Below, in pieces: positions 45,201 to 56,460 of a DNA stretch of 64,000 bases. Source of the stretch: Octopus vulgaris (Eukaryota); the NCBI GenBank assembly GCA_951406725.2, contig OX597815.1, forward strand, positions 125,488,001 to 125,552,000. Reading direction: 5' to 3'. Position numbers and translations under genes: made by a program. The notes beneath the pieces are model-generated. The model saw nothing but the letters and a program-made list of their open reading frames with translations. It was not told the DNA's origin and did not search any database. How positions within the stretch are numbered: position 1 is the stretch's first letter; every line of letters starts with the position of its first letter.

Positions 45201-46388
45201 TGTGGTTTAAGGGAATTTTACTGCTAGCAGGCTGAGTGACTGTATAAAAAGCCTCTTGCTTTTACTGTGTTTAACCAATGTACAACAGACTTTTGGAAAT
45301 GTTTGAGTGTTTTTATATTGAAGCTATTTTCTATGGTTGGATAACATTCTCACCAAAAACCACCATCTGCATATAAATATTTTAGCCTTGGATAAAACTC
45401 AGAATAGGTGAATGGATCCACACCACTGGCCTTTAAATTTGTTAGCTAGCTCTCTATTGACCAGACCAGCAGCAGTACAACTTATATTAATGTGACAAGC
45501 AAGAATAAAATATAAACAATATACGAACAACAGCATTGTTTCTCTTTACTAAATTGTTTTACTCACGTATTTCAATGACATAATCCCACCAATGTGCTCT
45601 GCAGACAAAATATTTGAGGCCAGCAGGGACTGTCACTCCAGAAGTAACTAGTGGGACATTGTCATTGACATGATCCAGATTGACCGCTGTCCAAGCAGCC
45701 ATATAACCAAGCACGACAATCACCATGAGCAAGAGATATTTCAACAAGTCTTTGTCTTGCACATGGACACGGTGTGCTTTGCGAGATTGAAAATCTGCCA
45801 ATAGTCTGAAATGAACAAAAGCATGAATAATTTAAGAGAGATCTTTTGATATAACATGTGTTTTATATCATATGAAATTACAATGGAACTATAGAGACAA
45901 GAAAAATCATACGATATTCGACAAGAGTATAACTAGAATTCTATTTGATTTTTTATCATAAAATTACATAAGTCTTTTGAGAAAACCTCACCACATTATA
46001 CAGAAGTATAACCACAATTCTATGTTTTATATCACATGAAATTACATGGAATTATAGGAAAAATAAAACATTACCACATTATTCAAGAGTATACCCAGAA
46101 TTACATTTGTGTTTTTTTTAATCATAGAATTACATGGAACTATTAAGAAAACTTCACACAATATGTTAACACTGATTTCAGTGTTGTTTTCATGGTGATG
46201 GTGTCTCTGCATTATTGACAGAACTGCTGATATAACGATAGATAACCAATAGCAATTATGTAAATCACTGACCAGCATATATATTCATATATGTTTGCGT
46301 GTGTGTGTGTGTGTGTGTGCACGTGCATACATATACACACATGCATACACATATATAATCATGTTTATACATGCAACATGTATGAATG

Positions 46389-46443
<55 letters not shown>

Positions 46444-46690
46444 TTATATATATTTAATACAATGCTTCATAGCATGGAAAAATGGATGTAAAAACATGCG
46501 CACACACAAAAACCATGCTAAAACAGACACAGAGGTATGGCACAGGCTCCTGCCTGGCCAGTTCCTGTCAAACTGCCCAACTCATGCCAACATGGAAGGA
46601 GGACGTTAAATGATGATGATGATGATGATGATATGTATATATATACACACGCACATACATACATACAATCATACATACATACATACATTC

Positions 46691-46745
<55 letters not shown>

Positions 46746-49463
46746 TATATTATATATATAAATATATTATATACCATATATATTATGATATATATATATA
46801 TGTGTGTGTATTTGCTATTACATTCATTTTTCCTTGCTAGTATGGGTTAGATAAAGATATTATTGTGGTATTGTTTTACACCCAGATGTCCTTCCTGTGA
46901 CTAAAGCTTACCTGATATTCTGTTCTTTACTATATCTTCAAAAGCACAAAACCAGCAGGTTATTTGTTGGCTAGGGAAATGACAACAACTTCACCACTTG
47001 TAAGTCAGTGATTTTCAGAGAACACTCGCATGCACACACGCTCGCACGCATGCACACATGCACACACACACACACTCACACATACACACACACACTTATG
47101 CATGATAGGTTTCTCTTGCTTTGTGTCAGCCAAATCCACACAAGGCCTTGGTCCAGAGGGAGCAATAATAGAAGACACATGTTCAGAAATCCCAAACTCT
47201 ATGATTGTGAACCAAACATTTTTAATCACACAGTCATGCTGGCACATGTATGTACGTTCTTTTCTATTTTTAATTACTTGAAGACTTCCTGTTATGAAGA
47301 AGCTGGTTTCTAACGAAGATACAGAGGAGCATTGTGGGAAAGTAGATAACCAAAACGATGTCACATTTGAACTTGAGAAAACTCTTGCATATTTTTATTG
47401 TTTTGCTTACAGTTTGTATTTGTAATGTGCGTGTTAATTGGTTGGTTTCTTTGTCTGGAAACTTCTGCTTTCCCAGATTGCCTCTTAGGCATATACTCAC
47501 AAAACTAAATGCACCAATTACTATCTGTATAAATATGAATTTATAATATGGATATAAAAGCAGGGTGTTTTGAAGTTGTTGCCCATATTTACCTTCTTTC
47601 TCCTTGATTTCCAAAGAGAAATTTATATCAACAGAGCAGCTGATTTCTATGATGGTTCATACATTTTCTTGTCTTTTCCGAAGAACTATTTCCAGCCTGT
47701 TTTGCATGCACTTGGTAGACGTTTTGATAGGAATGTTCCACTAATATTCCTTCTGTTCATGTTTAAGAATGTATTCAAAGCAGGTGGAGGGGTATCTGTA
47801 TACTTATCTCAAGAGAATTTGTTTTTGGATGGCTTTGTATATTGTTTTGGTGATGATGGCATGTCACATTGAAAAATAGTACCTTGTGAAGGTACATGGC
47901 TGAGTGGTTAGAGTGTTGGACTCACAAGCAAGAGATAGAGAGTTTTAATTGTTAAAGCAGGCTGTGTGTTGTCTTCTTAAACAAAGCACTTTATTTCACA
48001 TTGCTCCAGTTTACTCAGCTGTACAAATGAGTTGTGACATCACTGGTGCCAAGATGTATCAGTGTTTGCCTTTCCCTTGGATAACATCAGTGGCATGGAG
48101 AGGGGAGGCTGATATGTATGGGCAACTGCTGGTCTTCCATAAACAATCTTGCCTGGACTTGTGCCTTGGAGGGCATCTTTCTAGGTACAATCCCATTATC
48201 ATTTGCAACTGAAAGGGGTCTTTACTCTTTTTATATGTGCATAAGCGAGTGAGCATGTGTTTGTCTGTATCATATGTGTTGCAACAATCACTGATTCTTG
48301 ACATGGATGCTGCATTTAGACTCCTAATAATAGAAAGCAAGGTGTAAGAAATACTGTTACCTGTACATTTTGAGTAAAAGCACACCATAAACAATGGTAA
48401 AGCCGACTTCACGGAACCATGGCACGAGCAAGCAAGTCAATGTAGTTGGCTCGAAGTATCGTATAACAACCTGGCAAAGAGATGAATTTATTTGGGAGAT
48501 GTTACAGAAAACAGTATAAAATTCAATTGCTAATAAAATTAAGACCAAAATTAAAATTTAATATACTTGTTCATTCTTACCACGATGACAACAACAATTA
48601 CCATCATCCATCACTAACACAGCTACCAGCACCACCACCACCACTACCACCAACACCACCACCACCACCACCATTACCATTTCTTGCACCTTCAACCTAA
48701 CCATTTCCACCTTAACCACCAATATTGCAACAGATATTAGCAACACCCACACCAACCTCCCCAACTGCTATCTTTTATGACAATAGACCCAACTACTGCT
48801 ATTATCATTAACCCAGCTATCACCATGACAACCCGCTTCTAAATCAATCAATCAATCTACCACCACCACCACCACCACCACCACCACCACCACTGCTATC
48901 TGCATAAACCCCGTCTCCACCAGCATTTTCCACCTACTAGCTTCATTGCAACTGCCATTACTTTCTCCTCCACCACCACCACCACCACCATCACCATCAC
49001 TGCCCCCACCGCTGCTGCTACTGCTGCTGCCGCTGCCGCCACCACCAATGCCATAAACAACAACAACAACAACAACAGGATACTACCAAGATTATCACCT
49101 TCATTGCTTTTGCTATTACCATTGCAATTATGAGTGCAGTTATCCCCTACCATCATTATTATCATTATCATCAACCCCATCATCAACACTAAAATCTATC
49201 AATAACAATGTCCAAACAAAATTGCATCAACAAAGCATGTCATGAAATGCTTGCATAACGAGAAACAGTTAATGGCTGGATTACATGTGAGGAAAGGCTA
49301 TGGAAAAACGATGAATGTCTGAAATGTAAGGTTCTTAGAGAGTATTTGTTTGCAAAGGAAATACTCAAGGAGGAAGAATTATGAAACATTGTTAACAAAC
49401 AGATTCTTAATGAAGGAAGAGAGAAATCTTGCACCAACACCTTGAAACTCTGGGGAGGTGGGG

Positions 49464-49518
<55 letters not shown>

Positions 49519-52200
49519 CTGAGAGAGAGAGAGAGAAGGAGAGAGAGAAGGAGAGAGGAGAGAGAGAAAGAGAGAGGAAAGAGATAGGAGAGAAAGAATG
49601 AGATAGAGAAAGAAGGAGAGGAAGAATGAGAGGGAGATGGAGAGAGAGAGGGTCATGTCTATGCCTTGTTTCAAATTTTGGTACAAGGCCAGCAATTTTG
49701 AGGGGATAGAGCATGTTGATTACATTGACCCCGATGCTCAACTGGGTCTTTCTTTATTACCTCATAAGGATGAAAAGCAAAGTTGACTCCCATGGTATTT
49801 GAACTCAGAATGTAAAGGGCTAGAAGAAATGTCAATTAAGCATTTTATCTGATTTGCTAACGATTCTGTTAATTCAACGAAATCAAAGCTACACAAAAGC
49901 ACCTTGGACATGTATGGTCAAGACCATTGTCTGGAAGATGATAACACGTATCCAGTTCAGTATACTTGTTACAAAAGAGTAGATATCCAAGGAGGGCAAT
50001 CTAGATTTTTGGTACCCAACCCGACCTATGCTCCAAACCTAATAAAGGCTGTCTTCTTTTTCAAGAGTATCAGAATGAAATGGTTTCATTAGATCCAACA
50101 ATTCTGTTCATTATTACTGATTCTTGTAAAGGATCAAATTCATTTTACTATTTGATTTCTCTGGCAGCAGCAACTATACCATTGCTATGACAAATATTAT
50201 GTGAAAAACATGGCCTATTGGTTTGGGTGTTAGAGAATGAAATCTGTGATCTTAAGCTTATGGGTATGATGTATCCTTAAGCAAAGCACTTCATTTCACA
50301 TTTGTAGATGAGTTCTAGCAGCAGAATGGAGGTTTACCCTGAGATGGATTGATACCCTATTGAGAAGGAAGTTTTGTATGCTTAACCACTTAATTATCAC
50401 ACAAACCTTGGTAGTCTCTGGTCTAAATGAGACTGTAGGCTTGAGAAAGACTTAACTTTAATAACAAATATTATGCCCACCTCCTCTTCCATAACATACT
50501 TGTTGTCAGTACTATGAATAGTGGCACCGTTAGTTATGATGATAAATGTTCTAGTTGATCTAATCAATGGGACAGCCTCCTTGTAAAATTAAAGTGCAAG
50601 TAGCTGAGCACTCCATAAATACAAGCACCGTCAATGTAGTTTTCTGAGAGATTCAGTGTGACACAGAATGTGACAAGGCTGTCCTTTTGAATTATAAGTA
50701 GAACTCATTTTGTCAGCTCAGTGAACAGGAGTGATGTGAAATAAAGAGTCTTGCTCAAAGAAACAACACATCTCCTGGAATCAAACTCATGACCTTATGT
50801 TTGTGATCCAAATACCCCAACCATTAAGCCAGGTACCTTTATTTGACAGACACTACAAAAGTACCAACAACAGACTACTATTTCTTTCATTGATACAAAC
50901 AAGAATAACAAGACCACCACCAACACAAACGCTAATACTATTATAATAACCAGCATTACCAACACCACCCATCCACCATTACCAGCACTAATATTGCATG
51001 AGTTAAAGGCGGTGTGTTGGCAGAAATGTTAGCATGCTGGGTGAAATACTTAGTGGTATTTCGTCTGTCTTTATGTTTTGAGTTCAAATTTTGCCAAGGT
51101 CGACTTTGTCTTTCATCCTTTTGGGGTTGATAAATTGAGTACCAGTTGTGTACTGGGGTCGATCTAATCGACTGGCCCCCTTCCCAAAAATTTCGGGCCT
51201 TGTGTCTGGAGTAGAAAAGAATATTTAAGGTGGCCAGCTGGCAGAAACGTTAGCATGCCAGGTGAAATGCTTAGCAGTATTTCATCTGTCTTTACATTCC
51301 GAGTTCAAATTCCGCCAAGGTCGACTTTGCCTTTCATTCTTTCAGGGTCAATAAATTATGTACCATTTTCATACTGGGGTTGATCTAATTGACTGGCCCC
51401 CTCCCCAAAAATTTTGAGCTTTGTGCCTAGAGTAGAAAAGAATATTGCATGAGTTAAGAATCATGATCAAGGACACATAAGTGTTGATGGCAGCAAGATA
51501 GAAACTCTAAAGGTTTTAGATATTAGTATGGCATCTAAATTGCTTTGGCTTGCTGTTGGCTCTACCAGTTTGCGTGGGTGTATTGAAAAATGGTGAAATT
51601 GGTTCTACTTACTGTGGAATATAACAATAAAGATCCAATAAGGAGAAGTTCTAACATTGCCCAGAAACTGCTGCAAATAACCTGGAAAAGTAAACAAACA
51701 AAATAATAAATAAATTGGCTTGATTGAGAAACAGACAGAAGAGAGGTAACGCAGGAGGAGGAGGAGGAGGACGATGATGATGAGGAGACGGAAGAAGTGG
51801 AAGGCAATGATGATGATGATGATGATGTTGATGATGAAGAGGAGAATGGGAATGATGGGGTGGTAACAATGAGGATCAAGACTTTTAAGGAAAAGGAAGA
51901 AAAGGGCAGCATCCATGTCTTTTGTAAACATTTTGAATGGAAAATATTAGTTTTTATGTTAAAGGAGAAAAAAAAGAAATATGTACATACATACATACAT
52001 ACATACATACATACATACATACATACATACATACATACATACACACACACATACACACATACATACTAACATACATATATGCATACATACATACATATAT
52101 CAACTCATGCTGAATGGAAAGCGGATGTTAAACAACAATGATGATGATAATGATGATACATTCATGCATGTGTGCATGCATATATATGTATATGCATGTG

Positions 52201-52241
<41 letters not shown>

Positions 52242-52436
52242 TAGTACATTAGTTTTTAAACAACTTTGATCATGAATAAATTGTACTTTATATATATATA
52301 TATATATAAAGCATGATTTATTCATGATCAGAGGCATTCGTAAACTAAAGTACTACTGTATTGAACGAATATGAGAAAGACAGAAGATAAATCACAATTT
52401 ATTTGTGATTAGAGTTGTTTGAAAACCAAGGTACTA

Positions 52437-52471
<35 letters not shown>

Positions 52472-52694
52472 ATTTGAGTGTGGCCATTGCCAGTACCGCC
52501 TGACTGGCCCTCGTGTCGGTGGCACATAAAAGCACCCACTACACTCTCGGAGTGGTTGGCGTTAGGAAGGGCATCCAACTGTAGAAACTCTCCAGATCAG
52601 ATTGGAGTCTGTGCAGCCATCTGGTTCTCCAGACCTTAGTCAAATCGTTCAACCCATGCCAGCATGGAAAGCGAACGTTAAATGATGATGATGA

Positions 52695-52762
<68 letters not shown>

Positions 52763-55700
52763 AATATATTTATACAGTGGAGGCGCAATGGCCCAGTGGT
52801 TAGGGCAGTGGACTCGCAGTCATAGGATCGCGGTTTCAATTCCCAGACTGGGCATTGTGAGTGTTTATTGAGTGAAAACACCTAAAACCCCACGAGGCTC
52901 TGGCAGGGGTGTGTGTGAATTCTGCTGTACTCTTTCACCACAACTTTCTCTCACACTTTCTTCCTGTTTCTGTTGTACCTGTATTTCAAAGGGCCAGCCT
53001 TGTCACACTCTGTGTCATGCTGAATCTTCCCGAGAACTGCATTAAGGGCACACATGTCTGTGTAGTGCTCAGCCACTTGCACGTTAATAAATGAGCTGCA
53101 CCATCACTGGTGCCAAGCTGTATCGCCCTTTGCCTTTCCCTTGGATAACATCGGTGGTGTGGAGAAGGGAAGCTGGTATGCATGGGTGACTGCTGGTCTT
53201 CCATAAACAACCTTGCCCAGACTTGTGCCTTGGAGGGTAACCTTCTAGGTGAAATCCCATGGTCATTCATGACCGAATGGAGTCACAACAATATTTATAC
53301 AGCTGGAGATTAAGATTGTGTAACATTTTTACTTCTTTTCTTCTTCCAAAGGAATTAGCATCATAATGAAGCAAAGTAAGAGGAATGAGAAATGAAAACA
53401 TGTTTGTGGCCTCAACTCATAGAAAAATTTCTTTTAATGAGCTATTTATAGTTGTATGCTCAAGTAAATTTAACATTCTATCACTGATTCCCTATCTTTC
53501 TAGGGAAAAGAAATGACTTTAAAAATCCAATCTGCATATTCATATATCCATCCAGCTGTTAATCAAAAGTTGTGAATGCTTGTTTATTAAAACTGATAGT
53601 AAAGAGTTTCACATCACTGAATACAGATTCTTTGAATTCTCATAATACTTCTTACATTAATTTATGCCAGTTTTCTTTATACTCTCTTATCAGAAAACAG
53701 AATAATTTTTGCAAATGAGCCAATGTCAGTCTTGTCAGACAACGAACAACTTAAACTTGACTTTGGGAGAATTATATGTTTGTAATGATAAATCAGTTTT
53801 GTAAGAAACTTTGAAAAGATGGGACAAGACATTTTGTTGATCTAAGTATTTTTCAACTTTAAATTAGTGGAACTGAGATCTCTTCATAAACCAAAACGAA
53901 AGAGGGCTCATAAAACATGGTTTTAAATATTATATAACTGTATAGAATGTGCTTAATTCAAGGAGTTGACCCTTGACATACCTTTCAATAAAGTGTAAAT
54001 CATAGTTGAATCTCCATTAAGAAAAGATAAATTTAAAATGAAGTTTAAATTTAATATTGAATGAAAGTAAAGAAAAAGAATACCAGAATAAATGTAGTTC
54101 CCACATTTGTCCCTTTAGATTGAATACAAATTCTTTAAGGTTTGACTTTATTTCCATCCCACCAGCATTAATAAATTAAGTACCACTGACTTTATTATTC
54201 TTCCACAAATCTGAGGTCTTGTACGAATGTGAGGAACTAATATTATAATGCTTCACTGTTAATAATAAACACCAAGACAACATGGCCAATAAACAATTAT
54301 GTAGCTATGTTGATTATAAATAATCAAATTTTTATCATATCCAAGAAGTAAGGATACTACATGGTGGAGTGTATAAGGGGTAGAGGATCAGCCAGTACAT
54401 TGGTCTAGAGCTTGAAGTGTCAAGTAAGGGACCATTGCTATCAATTGGATCCTTCATTAAAAACAAACAAAAAATCCCCTTCATATATCACTTCAATATT
54501 GGGAAGATTCTCATCCACTTTTATAAGGCCTGAAAGATGTCTTGTTCTGTCTTACCAAATTCCTCTTAGAGGTCCAGCTTAAGGGTCCTTTTGAGTGAAA
54601 AGAATTAAAATGATGTAGTGATAAAAATATTGCCAGCCAGTGATCAGAACACATTACAGAGTTAGTGTTCCATTGAATAGAAGCCCTTATTCAGAAGGTC
54701 TGTATATGATGTTGGGTGTGGAATTCACAAAGTGTAGCAGAGTCAAAGATATTAAGAAAAGAGAGTGGTCATTGAAGCAGATGGATTAAAGTAGAAAGTG
54801 CTGACGATTGATAAATCTATATATGTAAAGCTGAAGTTGTCTGTGTCTGTGTGGCAGGTTTGGTAGCCTTCAACTAACACTATCTCCTCCAAGACCCTGT
54901 GATACAAGTTGACCAAAATGGAGAGTATGATAGAAGAAGGCTTGCTCTTTATTCCGTAGAAGAAAAATTCAAATCAGACCACGTTAAGATCAAAAATTAT
55001 TTACATCAAAAAAGTGCTTTTTTTCTATGAAAATCCCTATTTTTTCGATTTTTGACTGCTGTGTCACCCTTTTTCGGTGTATTTCAACCAGAAAAATGTT
55101 CACTTAAAGAAAATAACAAGCTACATAATGCAAAATTTTTACTTTTCAAAAATTTCAATTCTAAAGGGTCAAAAAGAATTTTTTTGTGATGTCATTGGTT
55201 TTGAGTAAACGACAGATCAGCTGATCCAATGCACATTCAGAGCAAACTCGAGCATCGCTACACTATACTTTTATTCATAGATTGAAACTATGTCAAAACT
55301 TTGTAAATGCAACATCAAAGTCTATCGTTTTAAGCACAACTAAAAAACAAACCCGTGCAACACTGGGCTATACTACTAGTTACGAATAAAGTCAGTTTTA
55401 TCATTAGTAAAGAAGAAACAAAGGTCATAAACTAGTAATGGGTCAGTATTGAAGCTTTTCCACCACAGAAAGTTTCTTAATAAGACAGAAAATGGAATTC
55501 ACAAATTCCAATATTTGCATATTAATTTTTAGACTAGATTGTCACAGTTAAATATCTTTTCTGTTCTTACCAGTGAAATTTGAAGTAAGAGCTGGTGTTG
55601 ATGAAATAAAGTAATATTTTTATTTGACAAAACCCACTGATTGTTTAAACCTTGATTTTACTCTAAATCCAAAAATTATCTGAAAAACTTGCTAAATCAG

Positions 55701-56102
55701 ATGTTACATTTTAATTCTTGTAAAAGTAAAAGAACATGCCACAACACTTACCTTGGTCTTTCTTAGACGAAAGACAACTAGTCCTAAGACAATTGTAATA
55801 GTCATGCAAAAACTCTGTATTCCAAGTGGTATGCCTCTTAATAAAATGTTGTATTCAACAAAGCATGGCTGATCATCAACGCAATTTGGGCATCCTTTAC
55901 GACATGGTAGGCATTGGAAAGAGTCCAAGAAATGATCAGAGTGACCTGATCCATTTCTCAACCGTTCCAGTAGTTGATTTTCAACCAATGTTCCATTAAA
56001 ATAGCTATGGCTAGCATTGATCATAGGAAAGTAATAGCCTGACTTGCACTGGCACCGATAGGAACCACGCTTAAATTTACCAACCACTGGCACAGCAATA
56101 CA
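24907..56102 (-). CDS. GPR158: GPR158/GPR179-like class C GPCR (CG31760-like), 3' part; join(complement) 55752-56102, 51613-51681, 48361-48470, 45567-45805, 38322-38460, 32506-32611, 27963-28142, 24907-25221
   Basis: Eight exons with canonical AG/GT ends and matching phases give an uninterrupted ~502-aa frame. Motifs typical of GPR158-family receptors: [42 protein letters not shown] after TM7, [18 protein letters not shown]...NPH. Symbol means family resemblance, not established orthology. Confidence 0.9.
26209..26596 (+). mobile_element. Possible solo LTR
   Basis: TG(G)TTATG...CATAACA termini; internal TATAAATAG; shares GACTGG.CCA..TATAAATAG..TTTGAGT with 57684-58071; no TSD seen. Confidence 0.4.
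27555..27900 (+). mobile_element. Young RTE 3'UTR/SINE copy with three internal hairpin units and (TGA)n tail
   Basis: CpG-intact; GTGCCGGTGGCACGTAAAAAGCACC-type unit x3, then ...CATGGAAAACGGACGCTAAATCATGATGATG. Confidence 0.8.
27963..28142 (-). CDS. GPR158: GPR158-like exon, proximal C-tail ([20 protein letters not shown]...[14 protein letters not shown])
   Basis: Not in the ORF track in this frame. tcttccag acceptor, gtgagg donor, 180 bp, phase 0/0; ends in the conserved DPEDIR. Confidence 0.88.
28181..28547. repeat. Tandem duplication (two units of ~165-200 bp) just upstream of the 28142 exon acceptor
   Basis: Identical ~90-bp block AAATAGGTGTGTGTAAGTTC...GAAAGATACACTAA occurs twice, each time preceded by (GA)n/(GT)n. 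Confidence 0.9.
30204..30386. mobile_element. pogo/Tigger-like MITE
   Basis: TIR-like TTGTATTTGATCGCATAAAAC / GTTTTATATGTCATCAAATACAG. Confidence 0.5.
30458..30843. mobile_element. Foldback element with ~100-bp imperfect inverted ends
   Basis: ACAGATGGGTTGTGGTTAA... / ...TTAACCACAACCCATCTGT; complementarity extends inward to CTATATAGA / TCTATATAAAG. Confidence 0.7.
32506..32611 (-). CDS. GPR158: GPR158-like exon, ECL3-TM7 ([35 protein letters not shown])
   Basis: ttttgcag acceptor, gtaagt donor, 106 bp, phase 2/0; class C 'PK' motif ending TM7. Confidence 0.9.
33842..34036. repeat. Perfect palindrome, 97-bp arms, 1-nt spacer (C33939)
   Basis: Base-by-base check: 33842-33938 is the exact reverse complement of 33940-34036. 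Confidence 0.95.
34028..34119 (-). ncRNA. Candidate type I minimal hammerhead ribozyme (PLE-type)
   Basis: Minus strand: CC-CTGAAGA (34115-34109), stem II GATTGTACTAA/TTAATGCAGTC, GAAA (34044-34041), palindromic stem III CACGTG, GTC cleavage triplet (34035-34033). Confidence 0.6.
34219..34305 (+). ncRNA. Decayed second hammerhead copy
   Basis: CC-CTGAAGA (34223-34229)...GAAA (34291-34294)-CACATG-TT-GGA; differs from the minus copy at the core mainly by CpG-type transitions. Confidence 0.45.
36900..37580 (+). mobile_element. Degenerate PLE-type reverse transcriptase remnant; related copy at ~35170-35570
   Basis: Shared diverged block (CTCCAAAT..CTAGA.AGAACAGTCTGACATT..AAATACTAAAT..GATAAAT..ATAGACATGACCATCA..CAGGAGTG); [13 protein letters not shown]-type translation. 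Confidence 0.45.
38322..38460 (-). CDS. GPR158: GPR158-like exon, TM5-ICL3-TM6 ([47 protein letters not shown])
   Basis: Not in the ORF track; read by hand. tttttcag acceptor, gtgagt donor, 139 bp, phase 1/2, exactly bridging the flanking exons. Confidence 0.9.
38821..39209 (-). mobile_element. Composite SINE (same two-core arrangement as 1090-1449)
   Basis: Full head (rc) AAGGCGGCGAGCTGGCAGAAACGCTAGCAC, core, tail B ending GTAAAGAAATA, then a second headless core with tail A. Confidence 0.8.
39790..40400 (-). mobile_element. RTE-type LINE RT fragment, interrupted by a SINE
   Basis: [47 protein letters not shown]. Confidence 0.75.
40086..40318 (-). mobile_element. Full-length tRNA-derived SINE with 17-bp TSD
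   Basis: TSD ATATTGCTGCACCTCTT at 40069-40085 and 40319-40335. Confidence 0.88.
41863..42180 (-). mobile_element. Tandem (167-bp period) PLE pLTR-like repeat in (TA)n, each unit with a hammerhead-like motif
   Basis: Two identical ~127-bp units (41864-41990, 42031-42157); minus strand CTTT-CTGCAGA-A-GAGC-ATAG-GCTC-GAAA-CGTA-AAAG at 41954-41989 and 42121-42156. Confidence 0.7.
45567..45805 (-). CDS. GPR158: GPR158-like exon, ICL2-TM4-ECL2 ([24 protein letters not shown]...[13 protein letters not shown])
   Basis: ttcatttcag acceptor, gtgagt donor, 239 bp, phase 2/1; overlaps ORF 45559..45801. Confidence 0.92.
47360..47872 (-). mobile_element. R4/Dong-like RLE retrotransposon C-terminal remnant
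   Basis: [88 protein letters not shown] (decayed PD..D/E..K nuclease region). Confidence 0.75.
47890..48225 (+). mobile_element. tRNA-headed SINE
   Basis: Head GGTACATGGCTGAGTGGTTAGAGTGTTGGACTC; 3' half shared with 53090-53280. Confidence 0.7.
48361..48470 (-). CDS. GPR158: GPR158-like exon, TM3 ([37 protein letters not shown])
   Basis: ctttgccag acceptor, gtaaca donor, 110 bp, phase 0/2; the WFRExGF and LKxYR motifs are family hallmarks. Confidence 0.92.
48590..49190. repeat. (ACC)n/(ACA)n/(GCT)n low-complexity tract
   Basis: Direct reading; intronic. Confidence 0.9.
51007..51440 (+). mobile_element. Head-to-tail SINE dimer within one 17-bp TSD
   Basis: TSD AATATTGCATGAGTTAA at 50990-51006 and 51441-51457; two complete head-core-tail monomers. 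Confidence 0.85.
51613..51681 (-). CDS. GPR158: GPR158-like exon, TM2 ([23 protein letters not shown])
   Basis: ttttccag acceptor, gtaagt donor, 69 bp, phase 0/0. Confidence 0.88.
52237..52441. repeat. Three copies (one forward, two reverse) of a ~55-bp element end within (TA)n
   Basis: TACAGTAGTACATTAG..GATCATGAATAAATTG / ..TTTATTCATGATC..GTACTACTGTA (ends 52360) / ..GTACTACTGTA (ends 52441). Confidence 0.75.
52778..53290 (+). mobile_element. tRNA-derived chimeric SINE with 12-bp TSD
   Basis: A/B boxes TGGCCCAGTGGT and GGTTTCAATTCC; TSD ATATTTATACAG at 52766-52777 and 53291-53302. Confidence 0.8.
54816..55379 (+). mobile_element. Non-autonomous Helitron
   Basis: 5' A|TCTATATATGTAAAG; subterminal hairpin CCCGTGCAACACTGGG (55352-55367); 3' CTAG|T; no TSD. 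Confidence 0.8.
55752..56102 (-). CDS. GPR158: GPR158-like exon: EGF-like/Cys-rich stalk + TM1 ([26 protein letters not shown]...[17 protein letters not shown]...[12 protein letters not shown])
   Basis: Acceptor tttcag (56104-56103), donor gtaagt at 55751; 351 bp, phase 0/0; overlaps ORF 55704..56093. Confidence 0.92.
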
Positions 56103-56311
56103 CTGAAATTATAATAAAATGAAGAATTATTAGAGAACATCAAGTATTCAGTAGATTCAATATGTATTCAGTGTACATTCAATAAAATATAATATGATAA
56201 AATATTATACAATAAATATTTTATATAAAAAGATATAATAATATATAAAAATATGTAATAATGTGGTTAATAGGATAAAAATGTAAAAGGATATCAAGTA
56301 TTTAGTTAAAA

Positions 56312-56460
56312 TGGCGCGGCATGGCTGTATGGTTAGGGAGCTTGCTTCCTAGCTACATGGTTTCGGGTTCAGTCCCACTGCGTGGCACTTCGGGTAGGTG
56401 TCTTCCACTATAGCCCCGAGCTGACCGAAGCTTTGTGATTGAATTCGGCAGGCGGAAGTT
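56312..56460 (+). mobile_element. tRNA-derived SINE (family also at ~29405-29565, 32865-33015, 58350-58500, 59145-59305)
   Basis: A box TGGCTGTATGG, B box GGTTCAGTCCC, then the shared body TGTCTTCYACTATAGCC..GACC.AAGC. Confidence 0.75.

Noticed and set aside
52778-52850. tRNA-like sequences (also 56312-56385, 59150-59220)
   Set aside because: These are SINE heads. They run into repeat bodies, have TSDs or multiple decayed copies, and show no convincing cloverleaf.
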